Position numbers and translations under genes: made by a program. Positions 29,101-37,517 of a DNA stretch of 39,537 nt are shown one piece after another (position 1 is the first letter of the stretch; the number at the start of each line of letters is the position of its first letter). The notes beneath the pieces were generated by a model that did no database searches, was not told where the DNA came from, and saw only the letters and a list, made by a program, of their open reading frames with translations. Origin of the DNA: Fibrobacterales bacterium (GTDB taxonomy: Bacteria; Fibrobacterota; Fibrobacteria; Fibrobacterales; JAOPTW01); the NCBI GenBank assembly GCA_051532035.1, contig JAOPTW010000091.1, positions 1 to 39,537 of the forward strand, given 5' to 3'.

Positions 29101-30231
29101 TAAAATTTCGTGTGCATCTTTTACATCTTCATCGGCCCACTTTGCACCTTGACTTTCAGTTGTTTTGTCAAATTGAAGTACCGTATACCCTTGGAATAAT
29201 CCAGGAGGGTTTTCTGCAATATCATTGAGTATTTTTGCAGTAATCACCTTACACTCAGTTGCAGTGTATTTCACATTAGTAGAACTATTTTTAGTATCAG
29301 TACAGGTTGCAAAATACTCATGAGCATTCGCACTAATTTGTGTCGTACTAATAGTGACACTATCAGGGTCCTCTGCATCAGCAAATTCATTCAAATCACC
29401 ACTATAAGTACCAGAGGCTATATCAAGGCCATCTCCACAGACATCAAATTCCACTGATTGAAATTTAAACTCAGAGGTCGGTTTTTTGTTGCCATTTAAA
29501 TCGTAGAGACCACAACCAGGATAGCTCGCACTCATAGCCTTACCCTTCATATACATATCCCCCCCAATTTCAAAATGACCATGAAAATTATTCTGATCCC
29601 CTCCAATTGCCATATTGAATGTATTAACAAAATTCCCCTCAATTCTGAGTCTCCCATTCCAACAGAAAACCCCATTATTCACAAAGTCCCCCTGTATTTC
29701 TACATCAGCAGAACTACAATCTATTTTTGCACCATTAAAAAAGGCATAATTAAACGTCCCCGATAAACAGTTCGACTGTCCTACCGATTCAAAACCTGAT
29801 ACATTGTATCCAACATTTTTGATTTGTCGGCTCCCATTAGCCCCATACGCATCAATATTAAAGAGAAATTCGTAAGTATTATTATTCACTTTTTTAAATG
29901 ATACAATCTTCATGTTAGCCCCAATCTGACCCCCAATAATTGCACTTGCATCAACGGCCGCTGTCTTACCAGCCAATTGATAGTTCAACATATACTGGAT
30001 CACCCCCACAACGTCATCAGGTTTATGGGTCAACCAACTTTCTGTCTGGGCTATTGCATTTTTCATACTCAGCTCTGCTGTTTGAGCAAGTACTCTACTA
30101 CCACTTCGTTGATTTTCTGTCGAGAGATAGTTGTAGACAGTAGTCGTTGCAATGGTCGCCAATAGAATTATGGATAGCACTAATATTATAGAAAATCCAT
30201 GTTCTTTGGTAGTGAGGGATCGATTACTCAT
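26200..30231 (-). CDS. Giant PilX/GspK-like minor pilin fused to two ricin-B (CBM13-like) lectin domains and two further carbohydrate-binding-type domains
   Basis: Class III-type N-terminus HG|FSIILVLSIILL without Glu5. QxW repeats at ~28030-27630 and ~27600-27150. Galactose-binding-like domain (PVDL...LRFWARS...WQEIGISLSDF...VDNVHIT). C-terminal CBM6/35-like domain (LLEAEN...GINLDWIKF). Confidence 0.82.
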   Translation of the reverse strand: MSNRSLTTKEHGFSIILVLSIILLATIATTTVYNYLSTENQRSGSRVLAQTAELSMKNAIAQTESWLTHKPDDVVGVIQYMLNYQLAGKTAAVDASAIIGGQIGANMKIVSFKKVNNNTYEFLFNIDAYGANGSRQIKNVGYNVSGFESVGQSNCLSGTFNYAFFNGAKIDCSSADVEIQGDFVNNGVFCWNGRLRIEGNFVNTFNMAIGGDQNNFHGHFEIGGDMYMKGKAMSASYPGCGLYDLNGNKKPTSEFKFQSVEFDVCGDGLDIASGTYSGDLNEFADAEDPDSVTISTTQISANAHEYFATCTDTKNSSTNVKYTATECKVITAKILNDIAENPPGLFQGYTVLQFDKTTESQGAKWADEDVKDAHEILSNNMVFYFTGNVDVTALNVTNNFPRTSKTIQVLAIFENTNQLQLTGRKIFYNDETFVSNQHRAGPYIGVLKGWKNRETNTKYDAGYGNYVFVATTSATMYFAQNDQKDTISGSIFIDDENNTPTTLNTSGGFHWATQSCKSDPTKSYQTCADGKQVIQYNPTVVSNVMKLNFAYEATQTDAQIAACGNPVMVVQAIADQLVLERLGSYSVTSVPASNDDLVLEGVPPQLLTNPPVISIAGAECNNGTTWADLDARITKTKAGDISNCAETITTSPDDIETTINSILNNPTNAANVNHLVTYSMDCGDDGIVTAYTNIILNCEPPAVSSNTGYTAFTVSSAAAAAPEDPTYHGVLETAYQFVNKRTGKCMDVTAQGTANGVNIQQWDCNYSQAQQWQATQLGNGKWELKSIVSGKVVDLEGAGTSNNVQQWGTSAGGKAQRWRIEPGSTSGFYQIKSQYDNSRCVQPLGSNAGANIETRSCNLSTWQEWELVVAYTRTEIIPGIYRLVNNRSHYCIGIQGPSTSNGANIIQWDCNGSNSQNWVVNYLKNGRFILRNAHSNKYLDVSNYSGPNVHQWSWQGALNQKWYISYAENGYFRVQPVSNSGTCLDLDGVEGWNSAPEVRGTSVEVNGCRVTNQGVNDNYATEQKWNFIPVEINIDGYNVFTDDGALDDDITNDGGKLYQWWDCLVSVKSNELQGSNALLANCSDKGGLSIRYDTPVDLNHMSNAVLRFWARSSNPDLGVKVEWGAPDGQPGHGSAWAWLRDYGFVADDTWQEIGISLSDFTGIDLKNMVVPFNIYNNQGGPFSYMVDNVHITYTDNGYTPGDDDGGSGGSGATKLLEAENNTVMSSGLQVAGTVPSYVGYVTDGAWIDWYDVPLQAGTYQLRMRYASWANGNKGVILRLDDQEILTTILYYSTWNFGAGSKYETFNDALSTSFTVSQTKNYKVAVVFDGDGINLDWIKFEPSN

Positions 30232-30242
30232 AGTTATTACTC

Positions 30243-31400
30243 CTATAACCCATTATTGGGTGTTGCAACAATTCTGCTGTATTGTCGCGTTACTCCATCG
30301 ATTGTAACACCGAGGAGGATTTTAAAACCTTTCACATATTTTTTTGAGTCTGTAGCAATGTCATTGGTTTGCCAACTGTATGAACCAGTATTGGATTCAA
30401 AAAATGATACATCAGAGAGTGTCATCTGTATATCTGCGGGAAGCCCTGGCATTGTAAAAGTAAAGTAAAGTTGAGGTTTAGCTACAACGTCCTCAGAAGG
30501 GATAAAGGTAAATATTCGTTGATGAGTTGCGCTGCCACTCCCCGGATAAAAGCTTTTAATATAAGTACCGGGTACAAGGGTGTTGTTATTTTTAACCAGC
30601 CGTATTGCTAACTTATCCGTACCCTTTGAGAAATTTTGAAAAAAGGTGCTATTAAACGATGTGTGCATTTGTAAACTATAGGTTCTCCCTGCTGTCAGTT
30701 GCGCAGCAGGACAAATATCAACTAAATACGTATTCATCGAAAACCCCGTAATAGCCACTGTAGCATTATTAGCATTGAGTACTTGTGTTGCATTATCATC
30801 GACGGTAATGGCCCCACTCTGTACCCCCGTTGTTTGGAATATAGGATTAGCGAGAGACACTGGATTCACATTGAGTCCTGGATCCACTTTAAAGGTCGAG
30901 ACATTATCTGCAATGGTCATCACCTTACTCCCCACAAGTACTGCTCCGGTAAGGCTCAATTGGCGTATCGTCCGTGAGAGTGTTCCATTGAGCACTCCAT
31001 AGGTAACACTTTCTATGTGAGTTGCTAATCCATCATCATTTTGAATCGTTGTCTTAAACTGTAATTTATCATATTGAGCATTCGCATTATTATTATTGTC
31101 ACTATTATTATTCAAGATATATGAGGATGAATCGTTGGGGATATTCAAAAGATTGATATACGTTTGATCTACCACAGCCATTGCCCCACCTGCGAGATTC
31201 ATCTTGTTCCCCATTCTCTCAACATCTTCAACCACGTACATAAATGCCTCACCCACTCCCTGAAGTGCATCAATTTTATCGCGTGATGCTTTACTAAAGG
31301 TCACACTATCGAGAAACACCCTACTTGCAAGTGTAGCGATTATGGCCGTGATAAAGAGATAGACCATCAACTCAATTAATGTAAACCCTTTACTATTCAT
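30243..31400 (-). CDS. PilW/GspJ-like minor pilin (prepilin N-methylation motif)
   Basis: MNSKG|FTLIELMVYL followed by a hydrophobic helix and ...EDVERMG, typical of PilW/GspJ. Confidence 0.85.
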   Translation of the reverse strand: MNSKGFTLIELMVYLFITAIIATLASRVFLDSVTFSKASRDKIDALQGVGEAFMYVVEDVERMGNKMNLAGGAMAVVDQTYINLLNIPNDSSSYILNNNSDNNNNANAQYDKLQFKTTIQNDDGLATHIESVTYGVLNGTLSRTIRQLSLTGAVLVGSKVMTIADNVSTFKVDPGLNVNPVSLANPIFQTTGVQSGAITVDDNATQVLNANNATVAITGFSMNTYLVDICPAAQLTAGRTYSLQMHTSFNSTFFQNFSKGTDKLAIRLVKNNNTLVPGTYIKSFYPGSGSATHQRIFTFIPSEDVVAKPQLYFTFTMPGLPADIQMTLSDVSFFESNTGSYSWQTNDIATDSKKYVKGFKILLGVTIDGVTRQYSRIVATPNNGL

Positions 31401-31402
31401 CG

Positions 31403-31849
31403 TTAGTTTACCGTTATATTAAAGGTCAGTGTATGAGGTGTTGCTCCAGTTTGCCACTGAGATTCAACGCGTATATCGTGAGTTTTTACAATGATATTCC
31501 CCAACTGATCATTTCCAGTCGTTGTATTTTCAATCACATACTGCACTCTCACATTCTTATTAATTGTAATTCCTTCTGCTGTCACAATACTTTGAGTAAA
31601 ATTTCGAATCCCAGGGTTATTTGCAGTTGCACCAACAATAGCAGGAGCCCCCACTAAACGCAATGAGTCCATAACTTCTTGTGCTGCAACCATTGCATAA
31701 TTTCGTCCCTCTAAGTTTGATAACACTTTTCTATTACCCAACTGCATAATATGAAGAGCACTAAATGTGAGTGAAAGTAAAAACAAGGCAACGAGAACCT
31801 CTATCAGTCCTGCTCCCCGTTCTCTCTGCTCTTCTGTGCTATTCATCAT
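31403..31849 (-). CDS. PilV/GspI-like minor pilin
   Basis: RERG|AGLIEVLVAL, AMVAAQEVMDSLR, IRVESQW. Start at ATG 31849 overlaps the upstream stop (ATGA), with a GGAGG RBS. Confidence 0.8.
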   Translation of the reverse strand: MMNSTEEQRERGAGLIEVLVALFLLSLTFSALHIMQLGNRKVLSNLEGRNYAMVAAQEVMDSLRLVGAPAIVGATANNPGIRNFTQSIVTAEGITINKNVRVQYVIENTTTGNDQLGNIIVKTHDIRVESQWQTGATPHTLTFNITVN

Positions 31850-32373
31850 TGCCAACCTCCACCACTGTTTGTAAAGAGTAGTGGCCGTACATCAAGGCCA
31901 TTCTTTACGACAGCCATCTGATGCCCTCCCCCCCCTTGCTGAGCAATGGTTACACATCCTTCTGGTAGTGGGCTTCCTATAGTATTAACCACGGGGATGC
32001 ATGATCCTGCCTGCCATCCATTGACATTCACATTACATAAAGCACATCCGGTACATCCGACCGTAAAAGCGAGTGTACTCGTATTAGAACCAAGAAGGTT
32101 TGTTTGCACCACTTTAGCCATATCACACGAGGTGCTATCATGCAGTCGAAACGTGTTACTTCCCGGGGTATAACTGATAGAGTAATTTTTCATGGCGTCT
32201 TCTTTGGTTTTGGCTGTCACATATTTTAAGAAACTCCAAAACTGAGTGCCTCCAGATTCGACATTTGCATTATCAATACTGGTACTAAACGAGACCGTCG
32301 CCATCGTCGCAATAATGCCAATGATTACAATCACCGTTATAAGTTCCAAAAAAGTGAATCCATTTTTTTTCAT
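31846..32373 (-). CDS. FimT/GspH-like minor pilin, Cys-rich
   Basis: MKKNG|FTFLELITVIVIIGIIA; six Cys in the globular domain; first gene of the cluster. Confidence 0.85.
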   Translation of the reverse strand: MKKNGFTFLELITVIVIIGIIATMATVSFSTSIDNANVESGGTQFWSFLKYVTAKTKEDAMKNYSISYTPGSNTFRLHDSTSCDMAKVVQTNLLGSNTSTLAFTVGCTGCALCNVNVNGWQAGSCIPVVNTIGSPLPEGCVTIAQQGGGGHQMAVVKNGLDVRPLLFTNSGGGWQ

Positions 32374-32544
32374 CTTAATGCCATCGCCATAGAATCATCA
32401 TTTAATATAAATTATTATTTACATTAAAATTTGAATACAAAATAAAAGCCATACTACCTCAAATTATAGCCTTAAAAAGCTCTAAAAACCACTTTTCTAT
32501 TGGTTTCCTTAGGACAATATCACTCTTTTGGATACATTATATCT

Positions 32545-33390
32545 ATGGCGACTGTATCCATATACAACTATCTAAATTATAGGGACTACCTAAGGGACTA
32601 CTATAATTTGAATAAACGTGTTAACAAAAAATTTTCTTATCGCTATTTTTTGCATAAAGCGGGGATACAGTCGCCAGTTTTTTATCAGCAGGTGATTCAA
32701 GGCAAACGAAACCTCACCGCAAGTACTCGTGACAAATTTCTTAAGGTAATGGAGTTGGGGCATGATCAAGCCACCTATTTTAAATACCTCATCGAATTTA
32801 ACCAAGCTAAAACCAGCGGTGATAAGCAGAAATCCTATCAGCAGTTGCTGAAAATGGGTCATTTTGTTGACCCAACGATACTCGGTAAAGATTTTTACGT
32901 TTTTTATAAACAGTGGTACAATGAATCGATACGTGAACTCATCTGTATGCAACCCTTTACGAGCTACAGTGAACTTGCAAAAGTCCTCACTCCACATATT
33001 ACCCCGAAACAAGCCGAAAATGCGGTTTCCCTTCTTCTTAAATTAGGGCTCATTGAACAAGAGGGCACACACTTTACTCTTGTGGACGAAATTATAAAGA
33101 GTGGCCCCGATGTACACTCTATGTCTATTCGCGCCCATAATAAAAAGATGCTCGAGTTAGGAGCTCAATCGATTGATCGAGATGGCACCGATATACGTAA
33201 TATTTCGGGTATTACCATGGGAGTCTCACAGGCCGCCTATGAGAAAATTAGTGAAGAGATAGAATATCTCTACCACAAAATCTCAGCAATTATCGATAGT
33301 GACACAGAGCCAAACCGGCTCTACCACCTCAATACAACACTTTTCCCCCTTTCTCAACCTATTAAACCTCCTGATGGAGGTAACACATGA
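32545..33390 (+). CDS. TIGR02147 / DUF4423-like protein (Fibrobacter paralogous family, predicted HTH)
   Basis: IYNYLNYRDYLRDYY...FSYRYF...AGIQSP...GKRNLT...YFKYLIEFNQAK...QWY...IREL...RNISGITMGVS...LYHLNTTLFPLS. Likely start is ATG 32545. Confidence 0.9.
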   Translation: MATVSIYNYLNYRDYLRDYYNLNKRVNKKFSYRYFLHKAGIQSPVFYQQVIQGKRNLTASTRDKFLKVMELGHDQATYFKYLIEFNQAKTSGDKQKSYQQLLKMGHFVDPTILGKDFYVFYKQWYNESIRELICMQPFTSYSELAKVLTPHITPKQAENAVSLLLKLGLIEQEGTHFTLVDEIIKSGPDVHSMSIRAHNKKMLELGAQSIDRDGTDIRNISGITMGVSQAAYEKISEEIEYLYHKISAIIDSDTEPNRLYHLNTTLFPLSQPIKPPDGGNT

Positions 33391-33620
33391 TACGAAAGTT
33401 AATTATTCCAGCATTACTCTTCATGGGAGTAGTTGCTCTATTAAGTCTCGTGATACTGCACTCTCAACAAAAGAGCACAGCAATTTCTGGTGGTTCTATC
33501 ACCGGCAACGAAGTGACAGCTGAACCAGTCCCCCTTAAGCTTATGGTTCCCGATACCCTTCCTCACAACGCCATTATGCGCGATTCTGCTCCAATAAGTA
33601 GAGACTCCTTAGCAAATTAA
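33387..33620 (+). CDS. Small membrane-anchored protein translationally coupled to the TIGR02147-like gene
   Basis: ATGA overlap, GGAGG RBS, N-terminal hydrophobic helix, GGSITGN motif. Confidence 0.65.
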   Translation: MIRKLIIPALLFMGVVALLSLVILHSQQKSTAISGGSITGNEVTAEPVPLKLMVPDTLPHNAIMRDSAPISRDSLAN

Positions 33621-33651
33621 TCATCTCATACGGTACTCCACCCATACTCCC

Positions 33652-36519
33652 ATGTTTTTGCTATTTTTAGGCTCAAACAGCCTCAATTATGGTTTTTCTT
33701 TGAAACACTTTTTACTCTACTTCTTTTTGATTCTATCTTCACTAGCCCACAATAGCTATGCTTTAGACGTTAATATCAATTCAAAATTCCTCTCGCGACA
33801 GTTAAAAAAGACGAAAAACATAAAAACCTCTGTTAAGAATAGAGTTAACAAGAAAATCAACCAGAAACTATCCCTCCCCGATTCTATAACAATTAAGCTT
33901 GAAGGCTCACAACCTATTGCCCCTGTTCCCAACCCAATTTATACAGCACAAGACTCAGCGATATGTATGGATTTTTTACAAGTAGAACCAGAAAAACACG
34001 ATTCTACTGTTCAAAAAGGACTTCAAGATAGCCTAAGCCTATCAAAAGACACCATCGCGAACAGCGATACCACTCAGACCGGTCTCACCACTGCAAATGA
34101 CTCTCTATCAACAGCTTCTAATCCATCACACGATTTGCTCCCGATCCCTACAGCCCAAAATGATTCACTCAAAGGCGACTCCCTATCGTACGATTCCCTT
34201 GCCACACCAGACTCTCTTACAGCGCTATCGAATGATTCAACAAATGCTTTACTCGTTGATTCTACTGCACAAATCCAGAGCATGCTCCCCACAGACTCAG
34301 CCGCCCGTATCTCTACCTGTCAACAACTGCTTGGTATAGAACCCGTTCCTCTTATCTCAGACTCATTAGCCCAATATCTATTTTCCTCAGCATTTACCAC
34401 TGACCCTAAAAGCCCCGCTCATACAGCGCGCCCTCATAGCACCCTCTATCCTATTGAATACGAGTACCATGGTCACAAAGCGGAAGTCCGTAGTGGCGCC
34501 ACCATTCTCGGAGTCACCGGACTCAAGATGATGAATGGGCACACCATGTCATATACTCACTACCCGCTCAAGCTTGCAGGTATTTGGGCTCGATCAGACT
34601 TTAACTACGACCCATCAACTCTCAATCTCAATAGTGAAAACGGCATCCTTACTCCCGACCCTGCCATTACACTCCTCGACACACCTGTTGTAAAAGTCAA
34701 CTGGCTGAGAGGCCCTGCTTCGAGTAGCCATTTTGATATTGAATTTCAGCGACAAGTGACCGACTCTATTCTCTTTGAGCTGTATGGTCGATCTAACTCA
34801 ACTGACTCCACAGGCAATTGGAACTATGCCAATCAAACCCACCAATTTTACCTCTCAAGTGTCGGCTATCTTAACGGCATGATTCGCGACTCTTCCTCAA
34901 TCCCCTTCTCGGGTCGTAACCTTAAAATAGACAACCAACTTTTTTCCCCAGCACTCACCTTTTTCTTACCGAACGTTCGGTTTAAAATCTATGCAAACCT
35001 CCTCTATGAATCTAGTGATGATGCCCCCAGTATCATGCCCGAAATAGATACCCTTACGAGCAATCGCTTCCTTCCTTCGAGCTACTCAGCCTACCACTAC
35101 TCAACCAAAACTCGAGAGACCCGTCTGGGAGCAGCCCTTCAGGCAGATATCCTCGCCAGTCAACTCCACACAGAATTTTCATATACCGACTTAACGCACT
35201 CCTACGAACTACCTTCTGTACTCAATACAACCTATATACTCCCTGAAAGCAACGATATTACGCGCTACCCTTCTACAATTTTAGATGAGTATCGAGACTC
35301 ATTAGGCTATGATGATTACGAACAAAATACATCAACTGAACAAGAGTTTTATTCTATAAGTGGAAGCATATCGCCCCACCATTCCTTGCTTCCCACTCTT
35401 CATTACGAGGGAGAGTACCGAGCCGTGAGCAACTACATTCCCAAATTATCTATACGGCGGGACGCCCCAGGGCACCTGAGTCAATATAGTGAACTCACTT
35501 ACCTCGAACACACTCTCGACCTATTCCAAAAGGTAACCCAACGCATCCAAGCAGGGTATTCACGATCTGTATCTCAAGGTTCTACCCATTACGCTCCAGC
35601 AGTAACCTATGACCTCACGATTGTTAATCAACCCACGGCTCCCTTTGCCACCTTTCACGGTTTCTACCAGAGATACGACAAGGTTCCCGATGTGAGTCAA
35701 AAATACTTTTACAACAGTGCCCGTCTTAAATACCCCAATGAAAAGCTCCTCCCCGAGGAGATTCAGGTTGCTTCAGGCCGGGTTGACCTTACAGCATTTG
35801 ACGTTAAGCTTAGTGGTGGGTTACGAGGTGAATTTGTCCGTAATTATATTGGTTCATCGGTTTGGGATACTGACAGATTAGATTCAACTATCACTACTTC
35901 GATTAAATATGATGACAATAATATTCCTATAGAAATTCCTGATTACGATGTCATAGGAGATTCAATTAAGCTCAATCCCAACGATAGTACTCAAAAAATG
36001 GTAACCGCCTATGATAGTATTGTTAAAGAAACAGCCCACGACTCCATAGTATTCACCCCAAAGAATTACGAGTATGCCGAAACCGTTATTGCCCACATTG
36101 GTGCTGGTTTTTCTCTCGGCAACTGGGCCTTTTATCTCGAACGTCAGTGGCAACTTTCCAACTCCCTCTCAGGTGCCAGCCTCAAATCAACCATCGACAA
36201 CTTATACCGCCGCAACTATAAAGGCTCCATCATCTGGTCCGATGTACTAGTCAATGACAAACTCGGTATCCAAGTGAAGTGGGAGTGGGAATGGTTTGGC
36301 GGCCGACATACATGGGCTCGGTCAAAAACAAAACAAGCTGAACAGGTATTTCTCGATCACTATCTCGTCAATGATTTTGAGACACGGCTCAAGATTTCAG
36401 ATTTCCAGATCTATATACGGATCGACAACATGAATCACTCTATCTATGATACTGATGTTGGCTATAGCCCTTGGGGAATCACCTTCAAGTACGGTGTACA
36501 GTGGAACTTCAAAGGGTAA
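33652..36519 (+). CDS. Putative porin / TonB-dependent-receptor-like outer-membrane protein with D-S/T-rich N-terminal stalk
   Basis: Signal peptide (AHNSYA|L; start may be TTG 33700); amphipathic beta strands; C-terminus IDNMN...GITFKYGVQWNFKG resembles FCB putative-porin ends. Confidence 0.7.
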   Translation: MFLLFLGSNSLNYGFSLKHFLLYFFLILSSLAHNSYALDVNINSKFLSRQLKKTKNIKTSVKNRVNKKINQKLSLPDSITIKLEGSQPIAPVPNPIYTAQDSAICMDFLQVEPEKHDSTVQKGLQDSLSLSKDTIANSDTTQTGLTTANDSLSTASNPSHDLLPIPTAQNDSLKGDSLSYDSLATPDSLTALSNDSTNALLVDSTAQIQSMLPTDSAARISTCQQLLGIEPVPLISDSLAQYLFSSAFTTDPKSPAHTARPHSTLYPIEYEYHGHKAEVRSGATILGVTGLKMMNGHTMSYTHYPLKLAGIWARSDFNYDPSTLNLNSENGILTPDPAITLLDTPVVKVNWLRGPASSSHFDIEFQRQVTDSILFELYGRSNSTDSTGNWNYANQTHQFYLSSVGYLNGMIRDSSSIPFSGRNLKIDNQLFSPALTFFLPNVRFKIYANLLYESSDDAPSIMPEIDTLTSNRFLPSSYSAYHYSTKTRETRLGAALQADILASQLHTEFSYTDLTHSYELPSVLNTTYILPESNDITRYPSTILDEYRDSLGYDDYEQNTSTEQEFYSISGSISPHHSLLPTLHYEGEYRAVSNYIPKLSIRRDAPGHLSQYSELTYLEHTLDLFQKVTQRIQAGYSRSVSQGSTHYAPAVTYDLTIVNQPTAPFATFHGFYQRYDKVPDVSQKYFYNSARLKYPNEKLLPEEIQVASGRVDLTAFDVKLSGGLRGEFVRNYIGSSVWDTDRLDSTITTSIKYDDNNIPIEIPDYDVIGDSIKLNPNDSTQKMVTAYDSIVKETAHDSIVFTPKNYEYAETVIAHIGAGFSLGNWAFYLERQWQLSNSLSGASLKSTIDNLYRRNYKGSIIWSDVLVNDKLGIQVKWEWEWFGGRHTWARSKTKQAEQVFLDHYLVNDFETRLKISDFQIYIRIDNMNHSIYDTDVGYSPWGITFKYGVQWNFKG

Positions 36520-36527
36520 TGACCCAT

Positions 36528-36555
36528 AAAAAAGGCTTCCCCAATGAGAAGCCTT
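36528..36555 (-). terminator. Rho-independent terminator between the convergent porin and sufE genes
   Basis: AAGGCTTC...GAAGCCTT stem with a T run on the minus strand. Confidence 0.75.
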
Positions 36556-36611
36556 ACAATTAATAGAACACGATACTCTTATAAATACTCACTGAGTACC
36601 TCAGGACTCAC

Positions 36612-37052
36612 TTATTTTGACATTGCCGCATAGACCTGTGCATACATGTAGATCTGTTTGAGCATAGAAGCAAACCCATTAGCACGGGTTGCAGAAAGTG
36701 CTACTGTCAGACCAATCTCTTGAAAAAATGCTGGATCAGCTGATAGTATATCTTTTGGCGTTTGTCCGTCATAGAGTCGGTGGGCAAGCGAAGCAAGACC
36801 TCGAACAATTAAGGGTGACTCTCCACCAGAATCGGTATCAATAAAGAGCTGTAATGCCCCATCTTCAAATTTTGGAATAAGAAAGAGACGAGTTGCACAC
36901 CCTTTTACCAAAAATTTTTCCTCTTTGAGTGACTCATCAATAGCCTGGTGACTCCGCGCCAATCCAATCACATGTTTCCATTTGTGATCATTATCAGGGA
37001 GGGCATCAAATTCTTTTTTAATTTCATCTTGAATTTCAGGTATTGTTCTCAT
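36612..37052 (-). CDS. sufE: SufE family Fe-S cluster assembly sulfur acceptor
   Basis: Start MRTIPEIQDEI (ATG 37052). VKGC active-site motif, DS...IVRGL, GQTPKDIL, IGL...LSATRANGF. Confidence 0.92.
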   Translation of the reverse strand: MRTIPEIQDEIKKEFDALPDNDHKWKHVIGLARSHQAIDESLKEEKFLVKGCATRLFLIPKFEDGALQLFIDTDSGGESPLIVRGLASLAHRLYDGQTPKDILSADPAFFQEIGLTVALSATRANGFASMLKQIYMYAQVYAAMSK

Positions 37053-37225
37053 GGAAGTCTCAGTATGTTGCTCTAATATGCGTAAAGATAGTAAAAACGT
37101 TAGTTCTATCAAAGTTTGTGTCTAATAGTAAGACATTTGAGACACAGTATGAAATATATAAAGAATAAGCACTAATTTAAGGTTTTCGTCGTCCACCTGG
37201 AAATACCATTACATCGTAATTACAA

Positions 37226-37264
37226 AGACTCCCTGACTTGACCTAAATCAAGCCAGGGCAGTCT
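37226..37264 (-). terminator. Hairpin immediately after the RTX-like fragment
   Basis: AGACT-CCCTG-ACTTGA / TCAAG-CCAGGG-C-AGTCT imperfect stem. Confidence 0.45.
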
Positions 37265-37265
37265 C

Positions 37266-37517
37266 TTAAGGGACAATTATTGACTTGTCATTTGTCAGAT
37301 TCTTCACATTAATTCCACCACCGAGGTCATAAATGTCATTTGCGACACCACCAAAAAACAACTCATCATCACCATCGAGAGGGTCATTCAATGTTGTAAT
37401 TTTTTGTACTGAGATGTTATCTACTACTCCACCTTTTCCATTATCAGGGCCACGACCCACAATTTTTAAAGTATTAGTCTCTCCTGCCAAAACAGTAAAT
37501 GTATCAGAGTAATTTTG
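37266..37517 (-). pseudogene. 3' fragment of an RTX/adhesin-like gene
   Basis: QNYSDTFTVLAGETNTLKIVGRG...GGVVDNISV (end of a jelly-roll domain), then GDDELFFGGVANDIYDLGGG (RTX-like Ca-binding repeats). No credible start; fused to the IS30 remnant. Confidence 0.55.
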
